Positions 44,624-54,446 are shown, numbered from the stretch's first letter. The stretch is 64,000 nt of DNA from Candidatus Bathyarchaeia archaeon (GCA_049512935.1 JBEKWR010000003.1:43717-107716), one strand, 5' to 3'. Translations and numbers: made by a program. Notes: generated by a model not told the origin, from the letters alone.

Positions 44624-45840
44624 TCTTTCCTCTCTCCTAAAATAGTGACGTAAGCCTTAGTTCCGAAGCCTTCAAACTCCGAAACGCAGCCGCTCTTCGG
44701 TAAGCCGCCGTCAACGTTGACTTGACGCGTCCCAGCTTGCCCTTTCAGTTGGCGGTAAATCTCAAAAATCTGAGCCCCGCCAGTGGCGCCAAACGGGTTC
44801 CCATCCGCTTTTAACCCGCCGTCAGTGTTAACGTAAAGTTGCCTACCGTTCACTTCATAGAAGTGCTTGTTGCCCAGGTAGCTTTCGTAAATGCTTTTCC
44901 AAGCCTCTCCAGGCTTGCAGAAGCCCAAGTCCTCAAGGGAAACAAGCTCCATCACTGTTGACTGATCGTTTATTTCGATGACTTGAATGTCAGACAGGGC
45001 GGTCTTCGCCATCTGCGCGGCGTTCTTCATCGCGATTTCAGCCGCGACAAAACGAGACAGGTCCTCCCTTGCAGTGTAGTTCAGATAGTCAGTTGCTGAA
45101 GTGCAGGCGAGAACGTGAACTGGGCTGTCGCACAGCTTTTTGGCTGCCGCCTCACTCATGAGAACCAACGCGGAAGCGCCGTCAGAAATCGGGGCGAAAT
45201 CGAACATGCCCAAGGGCTTCTGCGCGGTTTTCCTCGCGTTTAGAACTTGCTGAACCGTGATTGCCCTCTGGTACTGCGCGTACTTGTTTTTGGTTGCGTT
45301 CGCGTGGTTCTTAACCGAAACCTGCGCCAAGGCAATGTTGAGTTTGTCAAGATTTTCGCCCGTTACATGATGCGCTTTAATGTAGGCTCTCAGCATCAAC
45401 TCATGGTTGGATTCAGGCGTGCCGCCTGCATAGTAACTCCATGGATCCTCCAGAAGCATGAGGTCGTCGCGTATTTTGTCCCAGCGATCCGTCATTTTTT
45501 CTATGCCGCCGACCAGAACGGTGTCGTAGACTCCAGCCTGAATCGCGTGGCAAGCCGTCAACAAGGCAGCGCTGAAAGATCGGGTTGTCTCCATGGGCAC
45601 ATGAAGCTCAGTGAGCTCCGAGAGAAAACCCTCTTCCAAACCCAGCTTGTTCGTGATTGGGAGAAAACAGTCTGACATGTAGCAGGCTTCAAGGTCTTTG
45701 CGTTCGATGCCGCACTCGTTTGAAGCGGCAAGCCAAGCTTCCTCAATGAGCTTCTCAGGTTCTTTGCCGTAGTGCTCCCCAAACTTGGTTCTGCCCACAG
45801 CAACTATGACCGGTCGGTTTTGCAAGACAAGACCTTCCAT
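44620..45840 (-). CDS. Thiolase-fold protein with degenerate catalytic motifs
   Basis: GRTKFG, GGIEKM, VKNH, PISDGA, EDLGF, GGLK..G.PFGATG; start ATG 45840 or TTG 45825. Confidence 0.88.
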   Translation of the reverse strand: MEGLVLQNRPVIVAVGRTKFGEHYGKEPEKLIEEAWLAASNECGIERKDLEACYMSDCFLPITNKLGLEEGFLSELTELHVPMETTRSFSAALLTACHAIQAGVYDTVLVGGIEKMTDRWDKIRDDLMLLEDPWSYYAGGTPESNHELMLRAYIKAHHVTGENLDKLNIALAQVSVKNHANATKNKYAQYQRAITVQQVLNARKTAQKPLGMFDFAPISDGASALVLMSEAAAKKLCDSPVHVLACTSATDYLNYTAREDLSRFVAAEIAMKNAAQMAKTALSDIQVIEINDQSTVMELVSLEDLGFCKPGEAWKSIYESYLGNKHFYEVNGRQLYVNTDGGLKADGNPFGATGGAQIFEIYRQLKGQAGTRQVNVDGGLPKSGCVSEFEGFGTKAYVTILGERKD

Positions 45841-46015
45841 TTTACAGTAGCACTTAACATTTTCTGGAAAGGCTATTAAGGGTTTGCCATTTCTCGCACA
45901 AAATACGCCTGAAAGGCGATTAACCAATATACCGAGCGAGGCAACTCTCATCAGCTTGCGATTGCTTGGGGAAAGTAAAGGCTTGTTCGCTGGTCTTCCG
46001 CAGCGGGTAGACGGC

Positions 46016-46186
46016 GTGTTTTACAGGTGCGAGTACATAAACCAATGCGGCAAGGTCACGCGTCAATGTTGGCAAGGCGGAAACAGCTACTGCAGCGAAT
46101 ACAAAAAGAGTGTCAGCCAAAAAAAGAAGAAAAAACTAAGCAGCCGCAAGAAATTGGGTATGTTCCGCAACTGGGAACTTTTTTAA
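46016..46186 (+). CDS. Possible small Cys-rich basic protein
   Basis: GTG start; CEYINQC..C..C followed by Lys-rich tail; could be spurious. Confidence 0.25.
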   Translation: MFYRCEYINQCGKVTRQCWQGGNSYCSEYKKSVSQKKKKKLSSRKKLGMFRNWELF

Positions 46187-46220
46187 GCAAATCACAACAT
46201 ATTCCCTTCGAGGCTGAGAA

Positions 46221-47219
46221 ATGTTCGTAGACTCAATCGACATCAAAGAATTCAGAGGCATAGAACACTGCAAAACTCCGCTTTCACTTTCCAAATTCAC
46301 AGTATTAATCGGCAGAAACAACTCGGGAAAATCTTCAGTTCTGGAAGCGCTCTCTCTTCTTCCTCATCCATCGAATACACTTGCTTATACCAGTCAAAAT
46401 AGATTGGGCTTTGTCGAAAAGCTGCACGGCGGAAGAACATCGATGGTTTACGGATATTCTGGCACTTCAACAATCACATATAATCTCAAAGGTAAAATTT
46501 GGACGCTACATGTCAGCGATAATGAAAATTCTAGTGCCAGTTTAGAAATCGATGGCGTTTCTACCAGCGATATTTATGGACAAATCGCAAACGCTCTCAA
46601 TATAACCAAACTGGGTGATTTTATTTCAAAAATAAATGATGAAGTTTTCTTTATTCCTACAGATAGTACTTTTGTTGATTCGATGTTTTCTAAGCTTAAC
46701 ACAGAACAATACCGTAATATTGTTACAAAAAGTGGTGCTAACGTTAATGTCGCAAAAGAACTTGTTAACAAATGTGTAGATGATAAGTACACGGAAATCC
46801 TATTTGCACCTGACTTAAGTGCTAGGAAAGAACGAGGTGAAGGAAGGTCACCACTGTACGTGAAGGTTAAAGACTTGGGCGCCGGGATTGAGAAAACGGT
46901 GATAATAACACTTTGGCTTGAAGCACAAAAACCTTCTCTTGTTCTTTGGGACGATTTCGAGGGTTCAGCTCACCCAGCTCTGATTAAAGTTCTGCTTGAA
47001 TGGCTTAGCAAAAAACCGTGGCAGGTGGTTATGTCAACGCATAGTATTGACGTTTTAACCAGTTTACTTGAAGTCCGCCCAAAAGAAACAAAAGTTATCC
47101 AACTAAAGAAGACTGATTCTGATGTTTTGCTTCATGAGGATTTGACTTTAGAGCAATTGGAAGATGTAGTAGAAACCAGCCAAGACCCACGAAAACTCGT
47201 CGATTTCTTAAAACTCTAG
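46221..47219 (+). CDS. ABC-type (AAA_21/OLD-like) ATPase
   Basis: IKEFRGI, GRNNSGKS, DLGAG signature, LWDDFEGSAHP, MSTHS; AT-rich. Confidence 0.85.
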   Translation: MFVDSIDIKEFRGIEHCKTPLSLSKFTVLIGRNNSGKSSVLEALSLLPHPSNTLAYTSQNRLGFVEKLHGGRTSMVYGYSGTSTITYNLKGKIWTLHVSDNENSSASLEIDGVSTSDIYGQIANALNITKLGDFISKINDEVFFIPTDSTFVDSMFSKLNTEQYRNIVTKSGANVNVAKELVNKCVDDKYTEILFAPDLSARKERGEGRSPLYVKVKDLGAGIEKTVIITLWLEAQKPSLVLWDDFEGSAHPALIKVLLEWLSKKPWQVVMSTHSIDVLTSLLEVRPKETKVIQLKKTDSDVLLHEDLTLEQLEDVVETSQDPRKLVDFLKL

Positions 47220-47233
47220 TTCAAAGTGATAAA

Positions 47234-47886
47234 ATGCGCCCAATCAACGATTTCGGAAGAACAATGCGTGCCGAATTAGTCACTGTGGCGTTGACTGGGG
47301 ACGGAAAGACTGAAGCCAACATATTGAGAGCGATGGCTGAAAGGTACAATGGTGCAGAGCATGCATTAAAACTCCCTGAAAACATAGCCCTTCTTGGGCA
47401 TGGAAATAGAAAAACCGAACACTTGACAGGCTACTCAACACTTCGAGCCGTCCAAACCTACGTAACCAAATTTGGTTTTGCCAAGTTTGTATTTCTTATG
47501 GATGTTGAACACGTTGAAACACCAAAAAATATGTGCTCTGAAATATCTGAACGGTTAAAGGCGTTGGGTTTTAGCTCGCCTAATATTGAAATTTTAACTA
47601 GCCAAGCTTTTTTGGTATCATGTAACCTCGGATCTAATGAAGTCTCAATTCATGTGGTAATTGCGGGAAAAAGAAGTGTGTCGAGGAAAATATAGCGGTG
47701 TTAATTCGTCTTGAATACGGAGTTCAGGTTTCACCTCGCGAGCATGATGTTCATGTTTTTCTAAAAGAGCACAGAATAGACCTCTATGGGCTAATCAAAA
47801 ACTCAAACATCAACAACCTAAGAACAGCCTTCAAAGATTTAATCTCAGTATTTGAAAAAATCGAAGAGCTAAATTTAAAGAACTAG
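47234..47886 (+). pseudogene. ATPase partner (TOPRIM/DUF3226-like), split by a -1 frameshift at 47665-47672
   Basis: DGKTEA and MDVE acidic motifs; -1 shift joins 47234 and 47698 ORFs into about 217 aa (AGKKKCVEENIAVLIRLE). Confidence 0.65.
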
Positions 47887-47893
47887 TAAATTC

Positions 47894-49288
47894 CTATGAC
47901 CCATGGTTTATTTCGCTTATCGTTAGCTGACGCTTGAGGGTTTTGACGAGGTTTAGCAGGTTTCTGCTTAACTCGATTGGGTAAACAGGCGCGTCCGTTA
48001 GAGCCTTGTACTCCTCTGGGAACTCGGACAGGTTCTTGGCGGCGTTAGCTCGAATTTGCTCAAGCGAAGGAAGAGCATATGTTAATTTGCCTTTTTCCAT
48101 TACTTTAACCAGCAGCGGTTCAGCCTCAAATTTTTCATCTGCCAAAGTAATCATGTCTTTCTCAAGCTTTCCCTCGGCGTCCCTGAAACGGTAAACTTGT
48201 TTTCTGCCTGGAAGCGTGATTTTGTCCTTGCTGAGCTTCATAATGGGCGTAAAATCGCCGTCAGCTCTCATGGTTTCGCAGAGCTTGTAGATCACGTCAA
48301 GGTAGGGTCTGTCGGCTGATGTGCCCATTTTGGTGCCTACTCCGAACGAATCGATCCGCGCGCCCTTGCCAAGCAGCTCTTCTATTTTGAACTCATCTAG
48401 GTCGCCGCTGGCAAAGATTTTAACGTAATCCAAGCCTTGAGCGTCAAGGAGCTTTCGGATTCTTTTGCTCGTTTTGGTCATGTCGCCGCTGTCCAAACGA
48501 ACGCCGCCCAGCTTGCAACCCTTCTTCTCAAGCTCTTTGGCTATGACGGCGGCTTTTTCCGCGCCTGAAATGTCGTCGTAAGTGTCTATCAGCAGCGTTG
48601 ACTTGTCGGGGAACGTTTCGGTGAAAGCTCGGAACGCGTCGATCTCCTTCGGGTACGACATGATGAAAGAGTGCGCCATGGTTCCGAAAACTGGGATGCC
48701 GTAAACCTTCCCTGCCAAAACGTTGCTTGTGCCCTGGCAACCTGCGATGTAGCTGCTACGCGCCACCTTCATCCCAGCGTCGATGCCTTGCTCCCTTCTC
48801 AACCCAAACTCAATCACCGGCTTACCCTTAGCCGCATGAACTACCCGCGAGGCTTTAGTGGCTATCATGGTTTGTAGATTGACGGTGTTAAGCAGGAAAG
48901 TCTCCATGAGCTGCGCCTCAATTATGGGGGCGGTAACTCGGATTAAGGGTTCATTGGGAAAAGCCAGCGAGCCTTCTGGGACAGCCCACACTTCACCCGT
49001 AAACCTAAAGCCGCGCATGTAATCCAGAAAATCCCTGTTGAAACCCTGCGTTTTAAGGTAACCCAGATGTTCCTCGGTGAACTTGATGTTTTGGAGGTAC
49101 TGGAGACTCTGCTCGAGACCCGCGAAGAGGAAGTATGAGCGGTTTTCGGGCAGTCGCCTGATGAAAAGGTCAAAGGTGGCTGGTTCAAAGTTTTTGTTGT
49201 CAAAGTAGCTTGCGCACATGGTTAACTCGTAAAAATCCGTGAACAAGCTCATGTTTTCCTCTTTTAGAAAGTTAAGAAAAGAGTTCAT
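47894..49288 (-). CDS. pncB: Nicotinate phosphoribosyltransferase
   Basis: TDFYELTM, EFGLRR, GTMAHS, LIDTYD, VRLDSGD, FGVGT. Confidence 0.95.
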   Translation of the reverse strand: MNSFLNFLKEENMSLFTDFYELTMCASYFDNKNFEPATFDLFIRRLPENRSYFLFAGLEQSLQYLQNIKFTEEHLGYLKTQGFNRDFLDYMRGFRFTGEVWAVPEGSLAFPNEPLIRVTAPIIEAQLMETFLLNTVNLQTMIATKASRVVHAAKGKPVIEFGLRREQGIDAGMKVARSSYIAGCQGTSNVLAGKVYGIPVFGTMAHSFIMSYPKEIDAFRAFTETFPDKSTLLIDTYDDISGAEKAAVIAKELEKKGCKLGGVRLDSGDMTKTSKRIRKLLDAQGLDYVKIFASGDLDEFKIEELLGKGARIDSFGVGTKMGTSADRPYLDVIYKLCETMRADGDFTPIMKLSKDKITLPGRKQVYRFRDAEGKLEKDMITLADEKFEAEPLLVKVMEKGKLTYALPSLEQIRANAAKNLSEFPEEYKALTDAPVYPIELSRNLLNLVKTLKRQLTISEINHGS

Positions 49289-49494
49289 GCGTTATTAGAG
49301 AATAGGCTTGCGATTTAATTCTTTCTAGCAACGCCATCTTCTGAACGCTTAGCAAAAGCTTTAACCGTTTTAGCGGCAGCCTCAAAGAAGAACTCTCAAG
49401 AATGGGCGTAATCCCTTAAGGCAGACTTAATTCCCTTCTGCGCCTATTGCAGGTTCCTCACAAAGAAGAACAGAGACAGCCTAATTTACGTCGA

Positions 49495-49523
49495 TTGTTG
49501 TTGATGTTGTTGTTGATGAAACA
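49495..49523 (+). repeat. 29-bp inverted repeat, left copy
   Basis: ttgttgttgatgttgttgttgatgaaaca is the exact reverse complement of 55591-55619. Confidence 0.8.
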
Positions 49524-49618
49524 ATATTTTTCTGGAAATCATCTAACAGAGATGACCGTACAACTTCTCTCTTCTTAAAACACCTTCATAAATGAAGCAC
49601 AAAACCCAAAAAAGAGGT

Positions 49619-50467
49619 CTATAAGCCAAGAACTAAGTATATCAGGCCGCTGGCTATCGCTATTATTCCCAGCGCCGCCGTCAAGTAAGTAATCTTTTGT
49701 TTTCCAGCAAATTTGATTAGGAAATCGATGAGGAACAGGCTGATAATGGTGGAAGTGACTATCGCCACGATTAAGCCTATCACACCTATTGGAGCGATGG
49801 AAGCAGCCACGTTCGCTTTGCTCGCAACTAAAGTTAATCCGAAAGCACCCGCCGCCGCGAAAATCCCAGCGGTAAACGACAGCCTGAACGCTTCATCTGG
49901 CTCAATGCCAAGCAGAAGCATTGCGCTGGTCGTGATTCCAGACCTGCTGACGCCTGGCAACGCCGATATGCCCTGAGTTACCCCGACGATCACGTAGTCT
50001 TTTATGGTAAGGTTCTGCAGTTTTCGGGCAGTGACCCCCTTCTCAAGCCTCTTCTTCGAGTACCTTATGAGCGCCGCGTCGCCTATGAGGACTAAGCCTA
50101 TTATGAGCATGGGCACACCAACGGCAATCCCCGTGATCGAATCCGCGATAAGGTACAGTGGAGCGGCGATGACGGCGGTAATCACTGTGACGACTAGAAT
50201 GTAAAAGAAAAGTTTGCGTTTCATCTCGTCCTTAGAGCCTGCCAGCACCTGCACAAGCTTGAGCATGTCTTTCCTGAAATAGATTATCGCAGCCGCCAAC
50301 GTGCCGATTTCCATGAACAGGCCGAAAGTGTAGGCCTGCTGAAACGTCAGCTTCAGAAGGTAAGTTGAAGAAACGATTATCTGGGTTTTGCTGCTTATGG
50401 GAAGCCACTCTGAGACACCCTGAATGATCCCTAATATTATCGAATAGAGCAGTTGGATAAGAGTCAT
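49619..50467 (-). CDS. uppP: Undecaprenyl-diphosphate phosphatase
   Basis: QGVSEWLPISS and LPGVSRSG motifs. Confidence 0.92.
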   Translation of the reverse strand: MTLIQLLYSIILGIIQGVSEWLPISSKTQIIVSSTYLLKLTFQQAYTFGLFMEIGTLAAAIIYFRKDMLKLVQVLAGSKDEMKRKLFFYILVVTVITAVIAAPLYLIADSITGIAVGVPMLIIGLVLIGDAALIRYSKKRLEKGVTARKLQNLTIKDYVIVGVTQGISALPGVSRSGITTSAMLLLGIEPDEAFRLSFTAGIFAAAGAFGLTLVASKANVAASIAPIGVIGLIVAIVTSTIISLFLIDFLIKFAGKQKITYLTAALGIIAIASGLIYLVLGL

Positions 50468-50552
50468 GGCAGTTCAGCTTAGAACTTCAGGAAAGGGCTC
50501 GGTGTAATAAAAGTTTTAGGGTTAAATCCCAAGCTAGCTTATTGCAGAGCTT

Positions 50553-51749
50553 TCAAAGCAAAGAAAATATTCCAAGTAGTCCGCCTGCAACTACTATGAG
50601 TGCTGCTGCCCAGAAGGCTATTTTCTCGTATTTTTTGAATTGGTTTCCGTTCATGACTTCTTTTTTCGTTACGAGCCTGCCCAGAAAGTACAGGGAAGGT
50701 ATGAGGACCAGTGGAAAGATGAACATCATGTTAAGCATAAGCTGGATGTAACCGCTAACAACAGCCACGATGACTATGGCAGGAACAGCTTCAAGGGCGT
50801 ATATCTCGAGGAAGTTTGCTCTTGAATTAGGTCCAGATGAACGTCCTGTTGCTTCCAAAACTCCCCAAGCTGAGCCAAGGGACACCACCACGAGGGCTAA
50901 GAAACCTGCGAATATGAATCCCAACCCCATTATGGGTTCAGCGTAGCTGCCGAAAACAGGCAGTGCCTTCGTTAACTCGCTGACGTTGATCAGTTTGTCT
51001 CCGCTGAAAACGTTTAGCCCGACCACGACAAGTATAATCATTAGTATTTCGGAAACCACGGCACCGATCAAGGTCTCCAACCGCTCGTTTTTGAGGTCTT
51101 TAACCTGCTTGTGCCGTCGGGAATCCGCGCCTGAGTGGAAGTAAAGCATCCAGGGCATGATGACTGCGCCGACGCTGGCTGCAAGCAGGTACGCGAAGGA
51201 TGGGTTGCCGTAAGGCTGAAGGGGCGAAAGACCGAGCGAAACAAACAACCCGAAGTTTACGTGGAAGACAAACGTTGAGCTTACGATCGCGATCATGAGC
51301 AGGAAGCTTACTGGTATGAGCATTTTTTCAGCTTGGTGATATTGCCGCCCAAAAATTATCAGCGTGTGGATTCCGAAAACGATGATAAGGCCCAGGATTA
51401 CTGGGAAGCCTATGAGGGCGAAGCCGATGGCGATTCCCGCGTACTGAGCAACATACTCCAAAAAATCGCTTAAACCCATCGGAATCGCAGCCATCACCGC
51501 GGCTTTCTTCCCAAAATTGTTCCTAATCTGCTCCCCAAGCCCCTTTCCTGACGCAATTCCCAAACGTCCCGCAGCATCCTGAATTATAAAAAGCGGGAAA
51601 ATGAGGACTGTGAGAATGAAGATCATTCGGTAACCCCAAGTTGCGCCCGCCTGGAGACCAGTGATGATGGAGGCGACGTCCACGTCAGCTATCATAACTA
51701 TCCATGCAGGTCCAAAGTTTCTTAGCCAATCGCTGACTTTCTGGTTCAT
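50553..51749 (-). CDS. NRAMP-like divalent metal transporter with non-canonical motifs
   Basis: FGPAW, QAGATWGY, GAVIMPW..YFHS; about 11 TM helices. Confidence 0.85.
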   Translation of the reverse strand: MNQKVSDWLRNFGPAWIVMIADVDVASIITGLQAGATWGYRMIFILTVLIFPLFIIQDAAGRLGIASGKGLGEQIRNNFGKKAAVMAAIPMGLSDFLEYVAQYAGIAIGFALIGFPVILGLIIVFGIHTLIIFGRQYHQAEKMLIPVSFLLMIAIVSSTFVFHVNFGLFVSLGLSPLQPYGNPSFAYLLAASVGAVIMPWMLYFHSGADSRRHKQVKDLKNERLETLIGAVVSEILMIILVVVGLNVFSGDKLINVSELTKALPVFGSYAEPIMGLGFIFAGFLALVVVSLGSAWGVLEATGRSSGPNSRANFLEIYALEAVPAIVIVAVVSGYIQLMLNMMFIFPLVLIPSLYFLGRLVTKKEVMNGNQFKKYEKIAFWAAALIVVAGGLLGIFSLL

Positions 51750-51763
51750 GACTCCTGTCTCAC

Positions 51764-51813
51764 TTAGGAGTACCTAAATTGTAACTAGAATATAATCATT
51801 TAGGTGTGCCTAA
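51764..51813. promoter_or_regulatory. Two DtxR/MntR-type operator palindromes
   Basis: TTAGG-AGTA-CCTAA at 51764-51777 and TTAGG-TGTG-CCTAA at 51800-51813, between divergent transporter and regulator. Confidence 0.8.
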
Positions 51814-51894
51814 GTCTCTTACTTCAAAAAACCAAATCAGCAAAGCCAAATCGCGAAGTCAAAACTTATATGACAATCAACAATAATCTATTAA

Positions 51895-52317
51895 GTGATG
51901 CTAATGTGCATCTCAGAAAGCGTTGAAGAATACTTAGAGACCCTCTGGAAGTCAGAGGAACACGGCGAAAAACTTGCGCACCTAACCTGGATAGCAGATC
52001 ATTTGGGAATAGCCGCGCCGAGCGCTCTGGAAATGCTGAAAAAGCTGGAAAAAGAAGGGCTCGTAGTTTACAAGGTACGGCAAGGTATTGAACTTACCGA
52101 CAATGGAAGAGCAATAGCCAGAAGGATCGTTCGGGCTCACAGATTAACTGAGGTGCTGATGAAGGAAACGCTGAAAACCGACATTCGTGAGGAAACGGTC
52201 TGCGGAATGGAGCACCACATGGACGAAGAATTCATGGATGCCCTGTGCACACTGCTGAAGCATCCGACAAAATGTCCGCATGGACGACCCATCCCAAAAG
52301 GAAAATGTTGCCCATAA
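51895..52317 (+). CDS. DtxR/MntR-family metal-dependent regulator
   Basis: EEYLE, HTH, HRLTE, CGMEH, CPHGRPIP. Confidence 0.92.
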   Translation: MMLMCISESVEEYLETLWKSEEHGEKLAHLTWIADHLGIAAPSALEMLKKLEKEGLVVYKVRQGIELTDNGRAIARRIVRAHRLTEVLMKETLKTDIREETVCGMEHHMDEEFMDALCTLLKHPTKCPHGRPIPKGKCCP

Positions 52318-52470
52318 AAAAGGAATTCTGTTTTTCAAGGTTCTACCATAAATTACATGGCTCTTTTTTCCGCTTCTTAACTTATCACTTTTCTGAACTG
52401 GTAAAGCGCGGTTTTTATTGCGAATCCTTTTTGTTTACCTCCTCAGCATAATTACCTTTAAGGGAAAATT

Positions 52471-53337
52471 GTGCCGTTAATCACGAAGTTTGACCCGTGG
52501 CAAAGCGGCTTGTGCACTTGTCCGCCGAAGCTAACGTTTAACCCTTACACGGGATGCGACCACCAATGCATCTACTGCTACGCCTCCAGCTACATCCCCA
52601 ACTTCCGCGATTGCAGACCAAAAAAGGACCTGCTAGCCACGTTGAAGCGGGAGGCGGCGAAGCTTAAGGGCGAAACCATTTCGCTGTGCAACTCTTCGGA
52701 CCCTTACCCGCGTGCGGAAGCGTCTGAAGGTTTGACTAGGCGATGCCTCGAAATCCTCGCTGAAAGCAACTGCAAAATTCAAATCATCACCAAAAGCAAC
52801 TTGGTGGCTAGGGATGATGATCTGCTCAGCAAGGTTCCGTCAACCGTCGCGTTGACCGTCACGACCGAAGACGACCATTTAGCGAGGCTTATCGAGCCCT
52901 TTGCTCCTCTGCCTTCAGAGCGTCTTAGGGCGGCTCAGGACTTGATAAAAGCAGGCATACCCGTCTCAGTGCGGTTAGACCCCATCATACCCCTCGTGAA
53001 TGACCAGCCAGAGGGACTTATCGCGGATTTGGCATGCATAGGCGTCAAGCATCTGACGTGTTCCACTTACAAGGCTAGACCAGACAATTGGATGCGGCTC
53101 ACCCGAGCCATGCCCCAAGTGGCAGAGAAGCTGAAGCCGCTCTATTTCCAGCAGGGCGAAAAAATCGGCGGCAGCACGCTTTTGCCAAAGGCGCTCAGGT
53201 TCAAGCTTCTTAAGAACATGCGAGACTTGGCTTTGGCTCAGGGGATGAAGTTTGGGGTTTGCAGGGAAGGCTTAACCGAGTTGAACACTGCGGCCTGTGA
53301 CGGGTCATGGCTCATGCCTAAGGCGAAGGGGGCTTAG
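52471..53337 (+). CDS. Radical SAM protein, spore-photoproduct-lyase-like family
   Basis: NPYTGCDHQCIYCYA (Cx3Cx2C), SSDPYP..E, ITKS. Confidence 0.85.
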   Translation: MPLITKFDPWQSGLCTCPPKLTFNPYTGCDHQCIYCYASSYIPNFRDCRPKKDLLATLKREAAKLKGETISLCNSSDPYPRAEASEGLTRRCLEILAESNCKIQIITKSNLVARDDDLLSKVPSTVALTVTTEDDHLARLIEPFAPLPSERLRAAQDLIKAGIPVSVRLDPIIPLVNDQPEGLIADLACIGVKHLTCSTYKARPDNWMRLTRAMPQVAEKLKPLYFQQGEKIGGSTLLPKALRFKLLKNMRDLALAQGMKFGVCREGLTELNTAACDGSWLMPKAKGA

Positions 53338-53342
53338 CGTAC

Positions 53343-54446
53343 ATGCAGAACCGCGTGGTCATGCTTGTTGACTTTGACTATTTCTTTGCGCAATGCGAAG
53401 AGCTCCGCAACCCAGCTATCAAAGACAAACCCGTTGTGGTCGGCGTCTACTCGGGACGCACCGAGGAAAGCGGCGCCGTCAGCACCAGCAACTACATAGC
53501 CCGAAAATACGCTGTCAAATCAGGTATGCCGCTGTTTATGGCTAAACGTAAGCTTGAGGGCACCGACGCGGTTTTCCTGCCTGTTGACCACGAGTACTAC
53601 GAGCAAATTAGCAACCGCATAATGCAGATTCTCCGTGGCTATGCTACCAGCCTTGAGCAGGTCAGCGTTGACGAGGCTTACCTGGACGTTACGGAGCAGG
53701 TGCAAGGCAGCTTTGAGAAGGCAAGGGATTACGCTCAAAAAATAAAGGCTGAAGTCAAAAGCCAAGTTGGCATTTCTTTCTCCGTCGGCGTGGGCGCGAA
53801 CAAGCTTGTAGCCAAGATTGCCTGTGACAGCCAGAAACCTGACGGCTTAACGATCGTGTTGCCTGAAGAAGCAAAGGGTTTTCTTGCGCCGTTAGCTGTT
53901 GATCGGCTCTTAGGCGTCGGGAAAAAGACTTCGGCGGTTATGGAATCTTTGGGCATCAAAACCATCGGTGACTTGGCAGGTTACGATGTGCAAAGACTTA
54001 TAGCCATTTGGGGCAAAATTCTCGGCATTTACTTCCACAACGCAGCCAACGCTATTGACAACGACCCCGTTCAGGAGCAGGGCGAGGCTGAATCCATAAG
54101 CCGAATCGGCACGCTAAAGCAGGATTCCCGTGATTTAGCGTTTGTTTTGCAGAAAACCGACGAGTTAACCGAAGACGTGGCGAAAGATGTTGCGGAGAAG
54201 AATTTGAGTTTCAAGCAGGTGTCGATTTACGTGGTTCTGACTGATTTAAGCAGCAAAAGCAGGTCAGTAACGCTTGAGCAGCCCGCCAAAGATAAAGAAA
54301 CAATAAAGAGGAATGTTAAGGAGCTTCTCGGCAAATTCTTAAGCGAATCCCCGCTTGAAGTGCGAAGGGTCGGCGTCAGAGTGTCAGGCTTCAGCAGGGA
54401 AGAGCCAAGGCAAAAACAACTGACAAGTTTCTTTCAAGCAGGTTAA
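53343..54446 (+). CDS. dinB: DNA polymerase IV (Y family)
   Basis: VDFDYFFAQ, NYIARKY, SVDEAYLD, KPDG. Confidence 0.95.
   Translation: MQNRVVMLVDFDYFFAQCEELRNPAIKDKPVVVGVYSGRTEESGAVSTSNYIARKYAVKSGMPLFMAKRKLEGTDAVFLPVDHEYYEQISNRIMQILRGYATSLEQVSVDEAYLDVTEQVQGSFEKARDYAQKIKAEVKSQVGISFSVGVGANKLVAKIACDSQKPDGLTIVLPEEAKGFLAPLAVDRLLGVGKKTSAVMESLGIKTIGDLAGYDVQRLIAIWGKILGIYFHNAANAIDNDPVQEQGEAESISRIGTLKQDSRDLAFVLQKTDELTEDVAKDVAEKNLSFKQVSIYVVLTDLSSKSRSVTLEQPAKDKETIKRNVKELLGKFLSESPLEVRRVGVRVSGFSREEPRQKQLTSFFQAG

Noticed and set aside
46027-46230. 67-aa ORF upstream of the ATPase
   Set aside because: Overlaps two other equally weak frames; no motif, cannot choose it over the Cys-rich frame.
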